Notes: a model not told the origin generated them from the sequence alone. A DNA stretch of 64,000 nucleotides from Bacteroidales bacterium (GCA_047975005.1 JBKECW010000040.1:12496-76495); one strand, 5' to 3'. Shown: positions 26,972 to 37,581, counted from the stretch's first letter. Numbers and translations: made by a program.

Positions 26972-26996
26972 AGGACGATAAACATCGTCCTTTTTT
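26972..26996. terminator. Bidirectional terminator between pgm (+) and tRNA-Trp (-)
   Basis: Stem aggacgat / atcgtcct flanked by an A-run upstream and a T-run downstream, so a U-tract follows the hairpin on both strands. Confidence 0.7.
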
Positions 26997-27006
26997 ATTT
27001 TTGTTG

Positions 27007-27079
27007 CACGGGAGGAGCGACTCGAACGCCCGACACCTGGTTTTGGAGACCAGTGCTCTACCAACTGAGCTACACCCGT
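27007..27079 (-). tRNA. trnW: tRNA-Trp (anticodon CCA)
   Basis: The reverse complement folds by hand into a cloverleaf. D arm is GCTC/GAGC, anticodon arm is CTGGT-CTCCAAA-ACCAG, and the T arm is GGGCG-TTCGAGT-CGCTC. The acceptor stem is 7 bp with one U6-U67 mismatch. The discriminator is G, and CCA is not encoded. Confidence 0.9.
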
Positions 27080-27155
27080 AATTGAGGATGCAAAGTTAAT
27101 AAAAACATTTTATATACTGCATCTGAAGTGTAAAAAAAAATAGCAATATATATGA

Positions 27156-27902
27156 TTAATCTGTTGTTTCCCATATATTGTATGATCTTATAGCTTGTAG
27201 CTCAAGCATTTTAGAGCCATTCATAATTGTGCAGCCTTGTTTTTGTCCGTACCTAAGAAACTTTGTTCTTGCAGGGTTGTATACCAAGTCGTACAATAGA
27301 TGTTTGTCGTCAAGGTGATTGTAAGGAATGGGAGGACAAGTGTCAAGATCTGGAAAAGTTCCTAGTGGTGTACAGTTGATAATGATATTATTCCTGCTTA
27401 TAATGTCTCTGTTTAGATCGTTGTATGTAATTATATTCTTCCCGGCAAAACGAGAAACAAAAGTACAGGCTATTGCTAAAGAATCTAAGCCTTTTGCTAT
27501 TGCCATTGATGCGCCACCTGTGCCCAATACTAATGCTCTTTTGTGATGTGGCTTTAGCATCGGTTTTATGCTTTCTGTAAATCCGAATATGTCGCTGTTG
27601 TACCCATTGAGTTTTGTGCTGTGTCCATTTCGTATTACTTTAACGACATTTACGGCTCCTATCCTTCTGGCATTGTCGTCTATTCTGTCTAGAAATGGAA
27701 TTATATTTACTTTGTGAGGGATAGTTACATTCAGACCCACGAGGTTTTTATTCTCGTTGATTATTGATGTCAACTCCGATACATCTTCAATTTCATAGTT
27801 GACATACTTGGCATCCAGGTCTTTGCTAGCAAAGAAGTCGTTGAAGAATGTTTTTGAGAATGAGTGTGATAAGGGATATCCAATTAGTCCATATAATTTC
27901 AT
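27156..27902 (-). CDS. aroE: Shikimate dehydrogenase
   Basis: N-terminus LIGYPLSHSFSK (substrate site), NADP loop LGTGGASMAI, 248 aa. Confidence 0.85.
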   Translation of the reverse strand: MKLYGLIGYPLSHSFSKTFFNDFFASKDLDAKYVNYEIEDVSELTSIINENKNLVGLNVTIPHKVNIIPFLDRIDDNARRIGAVNVVKVIRNGHSTKLNGYNSDIFGFTESIKPMLKPHHKRALVLGTGGASMAIAKGLDSLAIACTFVSRFAGKNIITYNDLNRDIISRNNIIINCTPLGTFPDLDTCPPIPYNHLDDKHLLYDLVYNPARTKFLRYGQKQGCTIMNGSKMLELQAIRSYNIWETTD

Positions 27903-27969
27903 GTGTTTACGCTTTATTTTTTATGCCAAACCTACCTTGCCGTCAGGGAGGTGTATTTTGCCAATATAA

Positions 27970-28992
27970 TCATTCTCGTGATAGAAAATCTTTGTCAGGG
28001 CTCATTTCATTGTTCTTTGACAACTTATTGCCAATAAATTCAATGCTAAATAAAAGAATAAATCCGATTAATGCAAATAAAATCACCGATAAAAGATAAC
28101 TATTTCCGTTTATAGAGGCAAATTCATTGGGCATAATATTATCTTGAATATATGGAATTTCGACACCATGCGAGTTTAACCTGAATTCTTTTGTTATTTT
28201 CCATGGCCAAATTTTGAATAATGATCCCAATAGGAATCCTGTCAAAAGAGCAATTGTCGAGTTGTGGTGTTTTTTGAATAGCCAGCTTATGAGCTTAGCA
28301 AAGCTCAGTATACCAATAACACACCCCAAACCAAAGATTAGCAGAGGAATGAGGTTAGCAAAAATAATTTGGCTGTCCATTGCTTTTAGTCCCTCCATCA
28401 ATGCGGATATTTTGCCAAAAACAATGGAGTAGGCACCTAACAACAGCAAAATAAAAGACCCCGATATTCCGGGAAGTATCATTGCACATATAGCTATTAT
28501 GCCAGAGACAAATATAAACCAAAGGCTGTCGGGTCCATTGGCAGGAGACATTATAGATATGGCAACGGTTATAATTGTGCCAATAGCAAAAAAAACAACG
28601 CTTTTTGCATCCCAGCGTTTAAGTTGCTTGGCCATATAGAGCACAGATGCAACAATAAGTCCGAAGAAAAAAGCCCAAAGTAGAACCTTTGCTTTAGTTT
28701 CTTCGGGGTTGTTTATTATCAAGCCAATACTGTTTGCAAGGGTAAGTATACTAAAAAGGATGCCAATTAGCAACGGAGCTATGAAATTTCCGTTAATGGC
28801 ATGCCAAAACCGCTTTAGCTTTAGGCTCAGAAGCAACTTAATATTTTTAAGGTTAATAGAATTGATAGTCTCTATAAGTTCTTCATATATGCCGGAAATA
28901 AAAGCAATAGTGCCACCTGATACGCCAGGAACAACGTCTGCTGCACCCATCATTATTCCTTTGATAAATGTAATAATCGTCTTTATAAACAT
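27970..28992 (-). CDS. DUF368-family polytopic membrane protein (family linked to undecaprenyl-phosphate recycling)
   Basis: Two copies of the DUF368 signature (VVPGVSGGTIAFISGIY and ILPGISGSFILLLLG) and about 8 or more TM segments. Confidence 0.75.
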   Translation of the reverse strand: MFIKTIITFIKGIMMGAADVVPGVSGGTIAFISGIYEELIETINSINLKNIKLLLSLKLKRFWHAINGNFIAPLLIGILFSILTLANSIGLIINNPEETKAKVLLWAFFFGLIVASVLYMAKQLKRWDAKSVVFFAIGTIITVAISIMSPANGPDSLWFIFVSGIIAICAMILPGISGSFILLLLGAYSIVFGKISALMEGLKAMDSQIIFANLIPLLIFGLGCVIGILSFAKLISWLFKKHHNSTIALLTGFLLGSLFKIWPWKITKEFRLNSHGVEIPYIQDNIMPNEFASINGNSYLLSVILFALIGFILLFSIEFIGNKLSKNNEMSPDKDFLSRE

Positions 28993-29164
28993 AAGATTGA
29001 AAAGTATTGTTTTATGACAAAAGTAAATATAAAATGTGTATTATTAGGTGCTATTGACAGCTCTGTGATAAATAATAAGTCTAAAGTATATGAGAGTAAT
29101 AAAAATATTGATAACTTTATGCTCTGATTTTTGTTGAAGACATGTAGAATATAAACAATACGGT

Positions 29165-29860
29165 ATGGTACATTCACTTCTTGAATATATGAATGGACGT
29201 TTGGCGAAAAACAAACAAGAAATAGAGAAGGAACAGCTTGTTGCAGGTCCGGTAATAACAATCTCTAGACAAACCGGATGCGGAGGAATGAAGATAGCAA
29301 AGTTGCTGTGTGATAGAATAAACGAGCACTCAAGCACCAAGTGGAGGGTTTTGAGCAAAGAGGTGTTTCAGGAGAGCGCAAGACATCTCTCGATGAATAA
29401 CGACGAACTGTATTCAAAGTTGTTTGCAGAAACAAGTGATGATATATTGAAGGAGATGTTACTGGCATTTGGCGATCCACACGCTGTAACACCATCTGTA
29501 GTTCGTAAAACGGTGTTTGACGTAGTCAGGACATTCTCCAACACCGGGCATTGCATAATAGTTGGACGAGCGGCAAATGTTGTAGATTCTGATATTGTAA
29601 ATGCGCTGCATGTCAGGCTGGAGGGGAATTATGCATGGCGATTGAACAATGTGCAAAAGTCCCATGACTATGATGTTAAGCAGGCATCTGTTTTTATCAA
29701 GAAGACCGACGGCGACCGAGAGTATTTCAGAGAGTCGATGCATAGCATTGTTAAGCATAAAACACCATTCAACATGATGGTGGATGTGTCAGCATTCTCG
29801 GTTGTACGTACTGTGGAGTTACTGTACAAGGCAGCAACGATAAAAGGAGTAGTAATTTAG
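29165..29860 (+). CDS. Cytidylate-kinase-like family protein (P-loop NTPase)
   Basis: N-terminal ITISRQTGCGG loop, typical of the Cytidylate_kin2-type family. 231 aa. Confidence 0.7.
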   Translation: MVHSLLEYMNGRLAKNKQEIEKEQLVAGPVITISRQTGCGGMKIAKLLCDRINEHSSTKWRVLSKEVFQESARHLSMNNDELYSKLFAETSDDILKEMLLAFGDPHAVTPSVVRKTVFDVVRTFSNTGHCIIVGRAANVVDSDIVNALHVRLEGNYAWRLNNVQKSHDYDVKQASVFIKKTDGDREYFRESMHSIVKHKTPFNMMVDVSAFSVVRTVELLYKAATIKGVVI

Positions 29861-32358
29861 TGATTGTAAAAGGATTTTATCAAGTGAATAGTAATAGACA
29901 ACAAAATAGAGCTGGAGCATCAAAGGGCGCGCGCCGACCCAACCGCGATGTGAATGAAAGCGGTAAAATTGAGAAGGTGAAAATTAGTGTGGGGATATTG
30001 TTTTTGATATTGGCCATTCTTCTTTTAATATCCTTTGTATCTTATTCTTTTAATGGTGCTCGCGATCAGAGCAATCTAGATATTCCGCTAACCGAGCAAG
30101 TCAAAGGATTGGATACTGCTCCGGACAACGAAGGAGGACATATCGGCAATTACTTTAGCGACATGTTTATCAATAGAGGTTTTGGGCTAGGTGCATTCTT
30201 CATTATTGCAGTGTTGTTTTTTATAGGAACAAAATTAGCAGTCGGCAAGCCAAAGAAAATTCTTGGAAGAATTATATTTCTCGTGTTGGCAATGTTTTGG
30301 TTGTCAGTGTTTCTAGGCTTGTTTGTTCCTGATAACAATTCAGATTTATTATTTCTTTCGGGAAGATATGGATATGGAATGAGTAGGATACTTATCTCTA
30401 TGTGTGGCAATGTTGTATCTTTCTTGCTCGTTTTGTTTGCTCTGTTTGTAATTTTAATATTTGCATTTAAAAATGTATTGCCATATATAAGTCGGGTTTT
30501 AAAGTCTAGTAGCCGGGTGGTTACTGATAAAGTGGCTGAAAAAAGAGTTCAAAAAGACAGGGTGGCAGGGCAGTCAGGCTATGTAGCACCAGTGCATAAG
30601 GAAACAGAAGGCCTGAATAATAATGCTGATAACATAGTTGCTAGCGATGTTGCACAAACAAGTACGGTTAGCATTGACAATAATAAGGTCAATACAGAAA
30701 AACCAAACGGTTCCCTATCGGATATTCCTATCGATATACAAAGTCCGACAGCCGCAACAGAGTCGGAAACTACCGAAGACGAGCAACCCGAAGCCTCTGG
30801 AGTCGATTTTGAGGTAGCAGCTTCAGTCAGCGAGGAGCAGGTAAGAAAAATACCGTCAGATGACTATGACCCTAGATTAGACTTATCTAATTTTAAGTTC
30901 CCGTCTTTGGATTTCCTTGTTGAGCACCAATCTGGAGAAGCGAAGGTGACAGAAGAGGAGTTGTTGGCAAACAAAAATAAAATTGTAGAGACACTAAGAC
31001 ACTACAAGATAGAAATAGTAGAGATAAAGGCAACGATTGGTCCTACAATAACCTTGTACGAGATAGTACCTGCGCCCGGAGTGAGAATCTCGAAGATAAA
31101 AGGCTTGGAAGATGACATTGCATTGAGTTTGGCGGCATTGGGCATCCGTATCATAGCGCCTATACCCGGGCGAGGCACGATAGGTATTGAAGTTCCCAAC
31201 CAAAACCCTGAGGTAGTGTCTATGCGTTCAATCATTGCGTCGAAGAAATATCAAACAATGAAAGCAGAGTTGCCACTAGCATTGGGTAAAACAATCTCTA
31301 ACGAGACCTTCTGTGCAGACTTAGCAAAAATGCCTCATGCTCTAGTTGCGGGAGCTACGGGCCAAGGTAAGTCCGTAGGAATGAATGCTATTATCACATC
31401 GCTGTTATACAAGAAGCATCCTGCAGAGTTGAAGTTTGTTATGATTGACCCCAAAAAGGTAGAACTGAGTTTGTATTCAAAGATTGAGAAGCATTATTTG
31501 GCAAAGCTGCCCAACGAGGAGGAACCTATTATAACAGACGTTCAAAAGGTTAAGAATACTCTTAATTCTTTGAATATCGAGATGGATACTCGCTATGATT
31601 TACTGAAAAAGGCAGGAAGCAGGAATATTAAGGAATATAACGCTAAGTTTATTTCACGCAGGCTGAACCCCGAAAATGGGCATCGGTATTTGCCTTATAT
31701 TGTGGTGCTAATAGATGAGTTTGCAGATTTGATAATGACTGCCGGCAAAGAGATAGAACTACCCATAGCGAGGATAGCCCAGCTTGCACGAGCAGTAGGA
31801 ATACATATGATTGTAGCCACACAGCGTCCATCGGCAAATATCATAACAGGAATAATTAAAGCAAACTTCCCAACTCGTATAGCCTTTAAGGTGGCATCAA
31901 TGATTGATTCTCGCACCATCTTGGATGCACCGGGAGCCAATCAGTTAATAGGGAAAGGCGACATGCTCGTTAGCCAAGGAAATCAGATGGTGCGAGTGCA
32001 GTGTGCCTTTGTTGATACTCCTGAGGTAGAGCAAATTGTAGACTTTATTGAAGAGCAACAGAGTTATCCCTCGGCATTTATGCTGCCAGAATATACGAGC
32101 GACGAGGATGGGGGGGCGTCTTTGAGTGATTTGGGTGAGCGAGATTCCTTGTTTGAGGATGTGGCCCGAATAGTAGTAAGTGGACAAATGGGGTCTACAT
32201 CAATGATTCAACGCAAGTTCTCTATCGGTTACAATAGGGCAGGACGTATAATGGATCAGCTAGAGGCTGCCGGTATTGTTGGACCTGCGGAGGGCAGTAA
32301 GCCTCGCCAGGTGCTAATCAGCGATGAGATAACATTAGAACAGATATTGAGTGAATAA
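29860..32358 (+). CDS. ftsK: DNA translocase FtsK
   Basis: N-terminal TM helices, an acidic linker, Walker A GATGQGKS, Walker B VVLIDEFADL, and the C-terminal gamma winged-helix domain (MIQRKFSIGYNRAGRIMDQLE). The start must be non-ATG, either GTG 29860 or GTG 29884. Confidence 0.92.
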   Translation: MIVKGFYQVNSNRQQNRAGASKGARRPNRDVNESGKIEKVKISVGILFLILAILLLISFVSYSFNGARDQSNLDIPLTEQVKGLDTAPDNEGGHIGNYFSDMFINRGFGLGAFFIIAVLFFIGTKLAVGKPKKILGRIIFLVLAMFWLSVFLGLFVPDNNSDLLFLSGRYGYGMSRILISMCGNVVSFLLVLFALFVILIFAFKNVLPYISRVLKSSSRVVTDKVAEKRVQKDRVAGQSGYVAPVHKETEGLNNNADNIVASDVAQTSTVSIDNNKVNTEKPNGSLSDIPIDIQSPTAATESETTEDEQPEASGVDFEVAASVSEEQVRKIPSDDYDPRLDLSNFKFPSLDFLVEHQSGEAKVTEEELLANKNKIVETLRHYKIEIVEIKATIGPTITLYEIVPAPGVRISKIKGLEDDIALSLAALGIRIIAPIPGRGTIGIEVPNQNPEVVSMRSIIASKKYQTMKAELPLALGKTISNETFCADLAKMPHALVAGATGQGKSVGMNAIITSLLYKKHPAELKFVMIDPKKVELSLYSKIEKHYLAKLPNEEEPIITDVQKVKNTLNSLNIEMDTRYDLLKKAGSRNIKEYNAKFISRRLNPENGHRYLPYIVVLIDEFADLIMTAGKEIELPIARIAQLARAVGIHMIVATQRPSANIITGIIKANFPTRIAFKVASMIDSRTILDAPGANQLIGKGDMLVSQGNQMVRVQCAFVDTPEVEQIVDFIEEQQSYPSAFMLPEYTSDEDGGASLSDLGERDSLFEDVARIVVSGQMGSTSMIQRKFSIGYNRAGRIMDQLEAAGIVGPAEGSKPRQVLISDEITLEQILSE

Positions 32359-32407
32359 TCAAAAAAAAATATTATATTTGAACTTATTTAATTATTAAAA
32401 TAATTAT

Positions 32408-33037
32408 ATGAAGAGAATAACAATGCTTTCTATTGTAGCACTATTGGTTACAGTAGCTTATTCGCAAACAAATGCGGAAAAATTATTGTCTGACGTATCA
32501 GCAAAAATAAAGTCATACTCGAGCATGAGTGTAGATTTTAGGTTTACTATGATAAATACAGATGCGGGCATCAACGAAACAAGCACCGGAGATATAGCAC
32601 TGAAAGGCAATAAATTCAAAATGCATACCAATGAGTTTGGAATGACAGTTTGGAATGACGGTAAAAATCAATGGTCTATGATTGACGGCACAGGTGAGGT
32701 GAATCTTGAAAGCGCATCGGATGTTGACGGAGGAATAAGCCCATCTAAGATTTTTAGAATACACGAAGAGGGAATGAAGAGTTCGCTGGTATCAGAGACA
32801 AGCTCCAAGGCTATTGTGAAATTGGTGCCACTAGAAGCCGGAGGAGATGTTAAGAGTGTCGAGCTTAATATAAGCAAGACAAACAAAAGCGTTGAGAAAG
32901 CCACGATTTTTGGTAGTGACGGAGGTAGGTATATAATTGAGATAAGCAACTTAAAAACCAATTTAAGTATGCCAGACTCGGAGTTTGTATTTAGCGAGAC
33001 AAAAAATCCAAGTGTTAATATAATAGATTTGAGATAG
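32408..33037 (+). CDS. lolA: LolA-like outer-membrane lipoprotein carrier family protein
   Basis: Signal peptide AYS|QT, about 190 aa of beta-rich mature protein, and the conserved position directly after ftsK in Bacteroidota. No diagnostic motif, so the call is by context. Confidence 0.6.
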   Translation: MKRITMLSIVALLVTVAYSQTNAEKLLSDVSAKIKSYSSMSVDFRFTMINTDAGINETSTGDIALKGNKFKMHTNEFGMTVWNDGKNQWSMIDGTGEVNLESASDVDGGISPSKIFRIHEEGMKSSLVSETSSKAIVKLVPLEAGGDVKSVELNISKTNKSVEKATIFGSDGGRYIIEISNLKTNLSMPDSEFVFSETKNPSVNIIDLR

Positions 33038-33039
33038 GT

Positions 33040-33732
33040 ATGTATTATCCAGAAATGATAATTGCAGGCGTTGTTTTTGCCATTATTAGCTCAATTGTGC
33101 AAGGCAGGCTGACGAGTAAGTTTAGCCAATATTCCAAAGTCCCCTTGTCGAATAGAATGACAGGAGCCGATGTTGCAAATAAAATGTTGAACGACAATGG
33201 TATAAGTGATGTTAGAGTAATCTCTACTCCGGGACAGCTGACCGATCATTACGATCCTCGAAAAAAGACAGTAAACCTTAGCGAGAGTGTTTATGGGACA
33301 TGCAGTGTAGCCGCTGCAGCAGTTGCAGCACACGAGTGTGGACATGCAGTACAGCATGCACAGAGCTATAGATGGGTGATGATGCGATCTAATATGGTAC
33401 CTTTGGTCAACATTAGTTCAAAAATGTTTAATATCCTCATAATAGCAGGAGTCTTTGTCTTAAGCATGTTTAATAATCCGATGGTCTTGTGGTTAGGAGT
33501 ATTAGCCTACGGGGCAACGACCCTATTCTCGGTTATAACATTGCCGGTAGAATATGATGCTAGCAATAGGGCATTGAAGTGGTTGGAACAATCTAGAATC
33601 CTATCTTCGCAGGAGCATACAATGGGAGCAGATGCTCTAAAGTGGGCAGCTAGGACATATTTGGTAGCAGCTCTGTCATCAATAGTAACACTTTTGTTGC
33701 TGGTGATGCGAATATTGGGAAGAAGGCGGTAG
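33040..33732 (+). CDS. Membrane zinc metallopeptidase (YugP/Zn_peptidase_2 family)
   Basis: HEXXH site AAHECGHAVQH, an N-terminal TM helix and C-terminal TM helices. 230 aa. Confidence 0.8.
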   Translation: MYYPEMIIAGVVFAIISSIVQGRLTSKFSQYSKVPLSNRMTGADVANKMLNDNGISDVRVISTPGQLTDHYDPRKKTVNLSESVYGTCSVAAAAVAAHECGHAVQHAQSYRWVMMRSNMVPLVNISSKMFNILIIAGVFVLSMFNNPMVLWLGVLAYGATTLFSVITLPVEYDASNRALKWLEQSRILSSQEHTMGADALKWAARTYLVAALSSIVTLLLLVMRILGRRR

Positions 33733-33735
33733 GGG

Positions 33736-34851
33736 ATGGATTATCATCACTTAGAAAATGACCCTCAATATAAAGGCTTGAAAGTAAATGCCGGAGTGGA
33801 GAGTCGGGAGTCTGTGAATGACGATGCTGTGCAACGTTTTTTGTCGAAAGGTCGGTCATTAAAATCTGCGGAATATTATATTAATGGAATAAACGATGGA
33901 AATGTAACCATTCTCAGCCAGGCAGTTACATTAGTAGAAAGTAATAATAAGGAACATCGTGATATAGCCCAGAAGATAATAGAGGCATGTTTGCAACATT
34001 CGGGCAATTCTGTTCGTATAGGCATTACTGGAGTTCCGGGAGCAGGAAAGAGTACATTTATAGAGGCTTTTGGAATGTACCTCACGTCAATAGGCAAAAA
34101 AGTTGCAGTGTTGGCAATCGACCCTTCCAGTCAGCAGACTAAAGGCAGTATATTGGGCGACAAGACAAGGATGGAGCAATTGTCGGTTAATCCCGATGCT
34201 TACATTCGTCCCAGTCCGTCAGCAGGGTCGTTGGGAGGAGTAGCACGTAAGACGCGAGAAACAATTTTTCTGTGCGAAGCCGCAGGTTATGATGTCATAA
34301 TTATAGAGACTGTAGGGGTTGGTCAGAGTGAGACCGCCGTTCACTCTATGACAGATTTCTTCTTATTGCTAATGATTTCAGGTGCCGGCGACGAGTTGCA
34401 GGGAATAAAACGAGGAATAATGGAGATGTCAGACGGTATGCTCATAAATAAAGCTGATGGCGATAATGTAATGAAAGCAAATCAAGCAAAAGTGCAGTAT
34501 GCTAATGCCTTGCATCTTTTTCCGATGGGCAAATCTCAGTGGTCGCCAATGGTCGAGACTTGTTCTGCCCTAAAAGGTCTGAATATTGACAAAGCCTATG
34601 AAATGGTGGAAAGCTATGTAGAGCAGACCCATAAGAATGGGTACTTTGAAGAAAGACGAAGAGAGCAGACCTTATATTGGATGTACGAAACCATCGAACA
34701 GCAGTTGCGCGAACGATTTTTTAATAATGAGTCTGTAAAAGGTGTGATTGATGACTATAAGCAGAAGGTGTTGAATAATGAAATTTCATCGTTTGTTGCT
34801 GCTAATCAGTTGATAGATAGACAAAATACAGAGGCGAACTTAAAAGAATAA
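33736..34851 (+). CDS. meaB: Methylmalonyl-CoA mutase-associated GTPase MeaB/ArgK
   Basis: G1 GVPGAGKST, G3 ETVGVGQSE and G4 NKAD motifs, with the characteristic length. Confidence 0.88.
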   Translation: MDYHHLENDPQYKGLKVNAGVESRESVNDDAVQRFLSKGRSLKSAEYYINGINDGNVTILSQAVTLVESNNKEHRDIAQKIIEACLQHSGNSVRIGITGVPGAGKSTFIEAFGMYLTSIGKKVAVLAIDPSSQQTKGSILGDKTRMEQLSVNPDAYIRPSPSAGSLGGVARKTRETIFLCEAAGYDVIIIETVGVGQSETAVHSMTDFFLLLMISGAGDELQGIKRGIMEMSDGMLINKADGDNVMKANQAKVQYANALHLFPMGKSQWSPMVETCSALKGLNIDKAYEMVESYVEQTHKNGYFEERRREQTLYWMYETIEQQLRERFFNNESVKGVIDDYKQKVLNNEISSFVAANQLIDRQNTEANLKE

Positions 34852-34855
34852 TATA

Positions 34856-35893
34856 ATGAAGATTACAAGAGAGGATTTTGGAACAACGAAAGACGGTGAG
34901 AAGGTCGAACTGTTTACTTTGCACAATGGCAAGTTGAGTGTGAAAATCACAAACTATGGAGGAATAATTACTGCTGTGAATATGCAGGATAAGAATGGAG
35001 TGTTTGATAATGTTGTTCTAGGGTTTGACAAGTATGAAGACTATGTGTCTGATGAATATATTAGTTCTGGCCCATACTTTGGAGCCATTATCGGTAGATG
35101 CGCTAATCGTATCGCTAAAGGGAAGTTCTCTTTAAATGGGGAAAGCTATTCTCTAGCTGTTAACAATGGCGAGAATCATTTACACGGCGGACTTGTTGGT
35201 TTCGACAAGAAGGTATGGCAGGTCGAAACGGCAGAGACAGATAGTGAATTGGTGCTGAGGCTGAGCCTGATGAGCAAGGATATGGAAGAGGGTTATCCCG
35301 GCAATTTGAAGGTTAGGGTTACATACATATTAAACCTATCTGACGAATTGATAATAAGATATGAGGCGACAACAGATAAGGATACCATAGTAAACCTTAC
35401 CAATCATTCGTATTTTAACCTGACGGGAGGGAAGGAAAATATTTTCAATCACACCTTGCAGATGAATGCAAGCCAGATGACAGAAGGGGTAGATCTGATA
35501 CCTACAGGAAGAGTAGTGCCTGTCGAGGACACACCTTTCGACTTTACTGAGGAAAAGGAGATAGGACGCGATATTCCCGGTAATCTAGAAGTTGGTTATG
35601 ACAACAATTATGTGGTTGATAATTATAGCGGCTCAATAAAGCAAGTAGCAACGCTAAAAGAGAAAAACAGTGGAAGGGTAGTGGAGGTGTCTACAAATAC
35701 GCCCGGAACACAGATATATACAGGTTATTATATTCCTGAGATTGGTGGGAAGTTTGGGAGTTATTCAGGTGTTGCAATAGAAACACAGTATTACCCCGAC
35801 TCTATTAATCGCCCGGAGTTTCCATCGGTAGTTTTGAAGGAAGGCGATAAGTTTGATAAAACAACAGTCTTTAAGTTTAGTGTTGATTCATAA
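34856..35893 (+). CDS. galM: Aldose 1-epimerase (galactose mutarotase)
   Basis: ENHLHGG, NLTNHSYFNL and a C-terminal IETQ motif, typical of the aldose epimerase family. 345 aa. Confidence 0.88.
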   Translation: MKITREDFGTTKDGEKVELFTLHNGKLSVKITNYGGIITAVNMQDKNGVFDNVVLGFDKYEDYVSDEYISSGPYFGAIIGRCANRIAKGKFSLNGESYSLAVNNGENHLHGGLVGFDKKVWQVETAETDSELVLRLSLMSKDMEEGYPGNLKVRVTYILNLSDELIIRYEATTDKDTIVNLTNHSYFNLTGGKENIFNHTLQMNASQMTEGVDLIPTGRVVPVEDTPFDFTEEKEIGRDIPGNLEVGYDNNYVVDNYSGSIKQVATLKEKNSGRVVEVSTNTPGTQIYTGYYIPEIGGKFGSYSGVAIETQYYPDSINRPEFPSVVLKEGDKFDKTTVFKFSVDS

Positions 35894-35916
35894 GTTATTT
35901 TAAACGAAAAAGAAAG

Positions 35917-36420
35917 ATGAAAAAAAATATAAATATTGGAACAATTATAGCACTAATGTTTGCTGTGCTTTGTTCGTGTGGAGGCAACTCAAAAGGGAAG
36001 CAGCAAGTAGAGGTGTCAAGTAATACTACAATTGATGTTGAGTATAAAGTCTTGGAGAATTATTTTCCAAGAAATGATATCTACGAGGGTACTGTCATGA
36101 CAGTTGTTGCAAGTAAAGAGGATTTTGACAAGTATTTGGGAATGGCTAAAACAATGACAAACAATATTGTAACACCGGACTTCTCTAAAGATGTGGTGCT
36201 AATTGTATGTTTGCCAGCAACGAATAAACTTACAAAGCTTTCGGTGGTAGATGTAAAAAAAACAAATGGAGCTGTTGTTGTTAATGTATCTCAAGAAGTT
36301 GAAGATGAGGAGCGTTCATACACTATGCGACCATCTCAGGTATTGATGTTTCCTGCTGAAGACTTAAAATCTGTCGAGTTTAAAATAAATGGTGGCGAGA
36401 GTCGCAAGATTGAAATGTAA
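35917..36420 (+). CDS. Small lipoprotein of unknown function
   Basis: Lipobox FAVLCSCGG. 167 aa with no recognisable motif. Confidence 0.6.
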   Translation: MKKNINIGTIIALMFAVLCSCGGNSKGKQQVEVSSNTTIDVEYKVLENYFPRNDIYEGTVMTVVASKEDFDKYLGMAKTMTNNIVTPDFSKDVVLIVCLPATNKLTKLSVVDVKKTNGAVVVNVSQEVEDEERSYTMRPSQVLMFPAEDLKSVEFKINGGESRKIEM

Positions 36421-36439
36421 TAAAAGCACTTGTGCAAAC

Positions 36440-36479
36440 AAACAAAGGCTCATATCCATGTAGATATGAGCCTTTGTTT
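36440..36479. terminator. Bidirectional terminator between convergent genes
   Basis: Perfect 17-bp stem aaacaaaggctcatatc / gatatgagcctttgttt with a 6-nt loop. A-rich 5' of the stem and T-rich 3' of it. Confidence 0.8.
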
Positions 36480-36486
36480 ATGTTGA

Positions 36487-37338
36487 TTATTTATCACCTA
36501 AATCTACAGTTGTCAATACAGGCAGGTGGTCTGATGGATATCCTCGTGTTGTGGAGTTTGTGAGTATTCCGACTCTTGAAGGTCTTAAGAACTTCGACAT
36601 GAATATATAATCAATTCTCTCGGCTTTTAGCTTTTCCTCAAATTTATCGGGGTCAAATCCCACAAAAGTACCACGAGGTCCGAATGGAGCTGTTTTGCTA
36701 ATAGTCATTGCATCGTAGTAGTAGCGCGACAGGAATTGTATGGGGCGAGAGATAGGAGTGATGTTAAAGTCTCCGGTAATAATAGTGGCTTCGCCTTTTG
36801 GATTTATTTCGCTGATTTTGTTTATAAGTAGATTTATGGATTTTTCTTGAGCTTTTTTGCCAATATGGTCAAGGTGTAAATTGAAAAAATATAAAGTCTT
36901 GTCGTAATATTTTACTCTGAGTTTGACCCATGTGCATATCCTGTTGCAAGCCGCATCCCAGCCTCGTGCCGGTTTGTCGGGAGTCTGGTTAAACCAGAAA
37001 TGTCCGCTTTCTTCTAGTTCAAAGAAGTCTCTATTGTAAAAAATAGGCACAAATTCTCCTTTGGTTATACCGTCGTCTCGACCTACGCCTACCCAGTCGT
37101 ATTCAGGCAACTCGTTGTCAATGTATTGCAGCTGATCGAGCAGTACTTCCTGCAGTCCAAATATCATAGGTTGATAGAAATTTAGTGTGTTCACGATCTC
37201 GCTTTTTCTGTTGTTCCATGCATTTACACCGTCATTTGGTTCGTTGTACCTAATGTTGTAGCTCATGATATTGAAATCTTGAGCCTGTATGTAACTGATA
37301 GATGTGTAGGCTATTATAAAGAATAATATTTTCTTCAT
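36487..37338 (-). CDS. Secreted endonuclease/exonuclease/phosphatase (EEP) family protein
   Basis: Signal peptide IQA|QD, FNIMSYNIRY near the N-terminus, GLQEV, and a C-terminal SDHLPV motif. Confidence 0.85.
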   Translation of the reverse strand: MKKILFFIIAYTSISYIQAQDFNIMSYNIRYNEPNDGVNAWNNRKSEIVNTLNFYQPMIFGLQEVLLDQLQYIDNELPEYDWVGVGRDDGITKGEFVPIFYNRDFFELEESGHFWFNQTPDKPARGWDAACNRICTWVKLRVKYYDKTLYFFNLHLDHIGKKAQEKSINLLINKISEINPKGEATIITGDFNITPISRPIQFLSRYYYDAMTISKTAPFGPRGTFVGFDPDKFEEKLKAERIDYIFMSKFLRPSRVGILTNSTTRGYPSDHLPVLTTVDLGDK

Positions 37339-37581
37339 TACTTGTAAAAATAAATTTATACCAGAGCTGCTTAACTTAAATAAATCCGTTGACTCTAAGG
37401 ATTTACCTGCATGCTAGAATTGTTACAAAGTTACTTATTTTTAGACGTATATACGAATTTATTTCTTTTTTATTGCCAGAAGAGGCCTGAGGCAAGATGA
37501 ATGTGCAAAGTTTTGCAGTTTCTTGGCTCAGACCGTAAGCCTTGAACAGATATAGGCTGTTGTTTTGTTGTAGGCTGCTGT

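Noticed and set aside
9925-27079. The accessory block as a tRNA-targeted genomic island, given tRNA-Trp about 2 kb downstream.
   Set aside because: There is no integrase, transposase or conjugation gene, and I could not find a direct repeat of the tRNA 3' end near 9.9-10.3 kb. A core gene (pgm) lies between the block and the tRNA.
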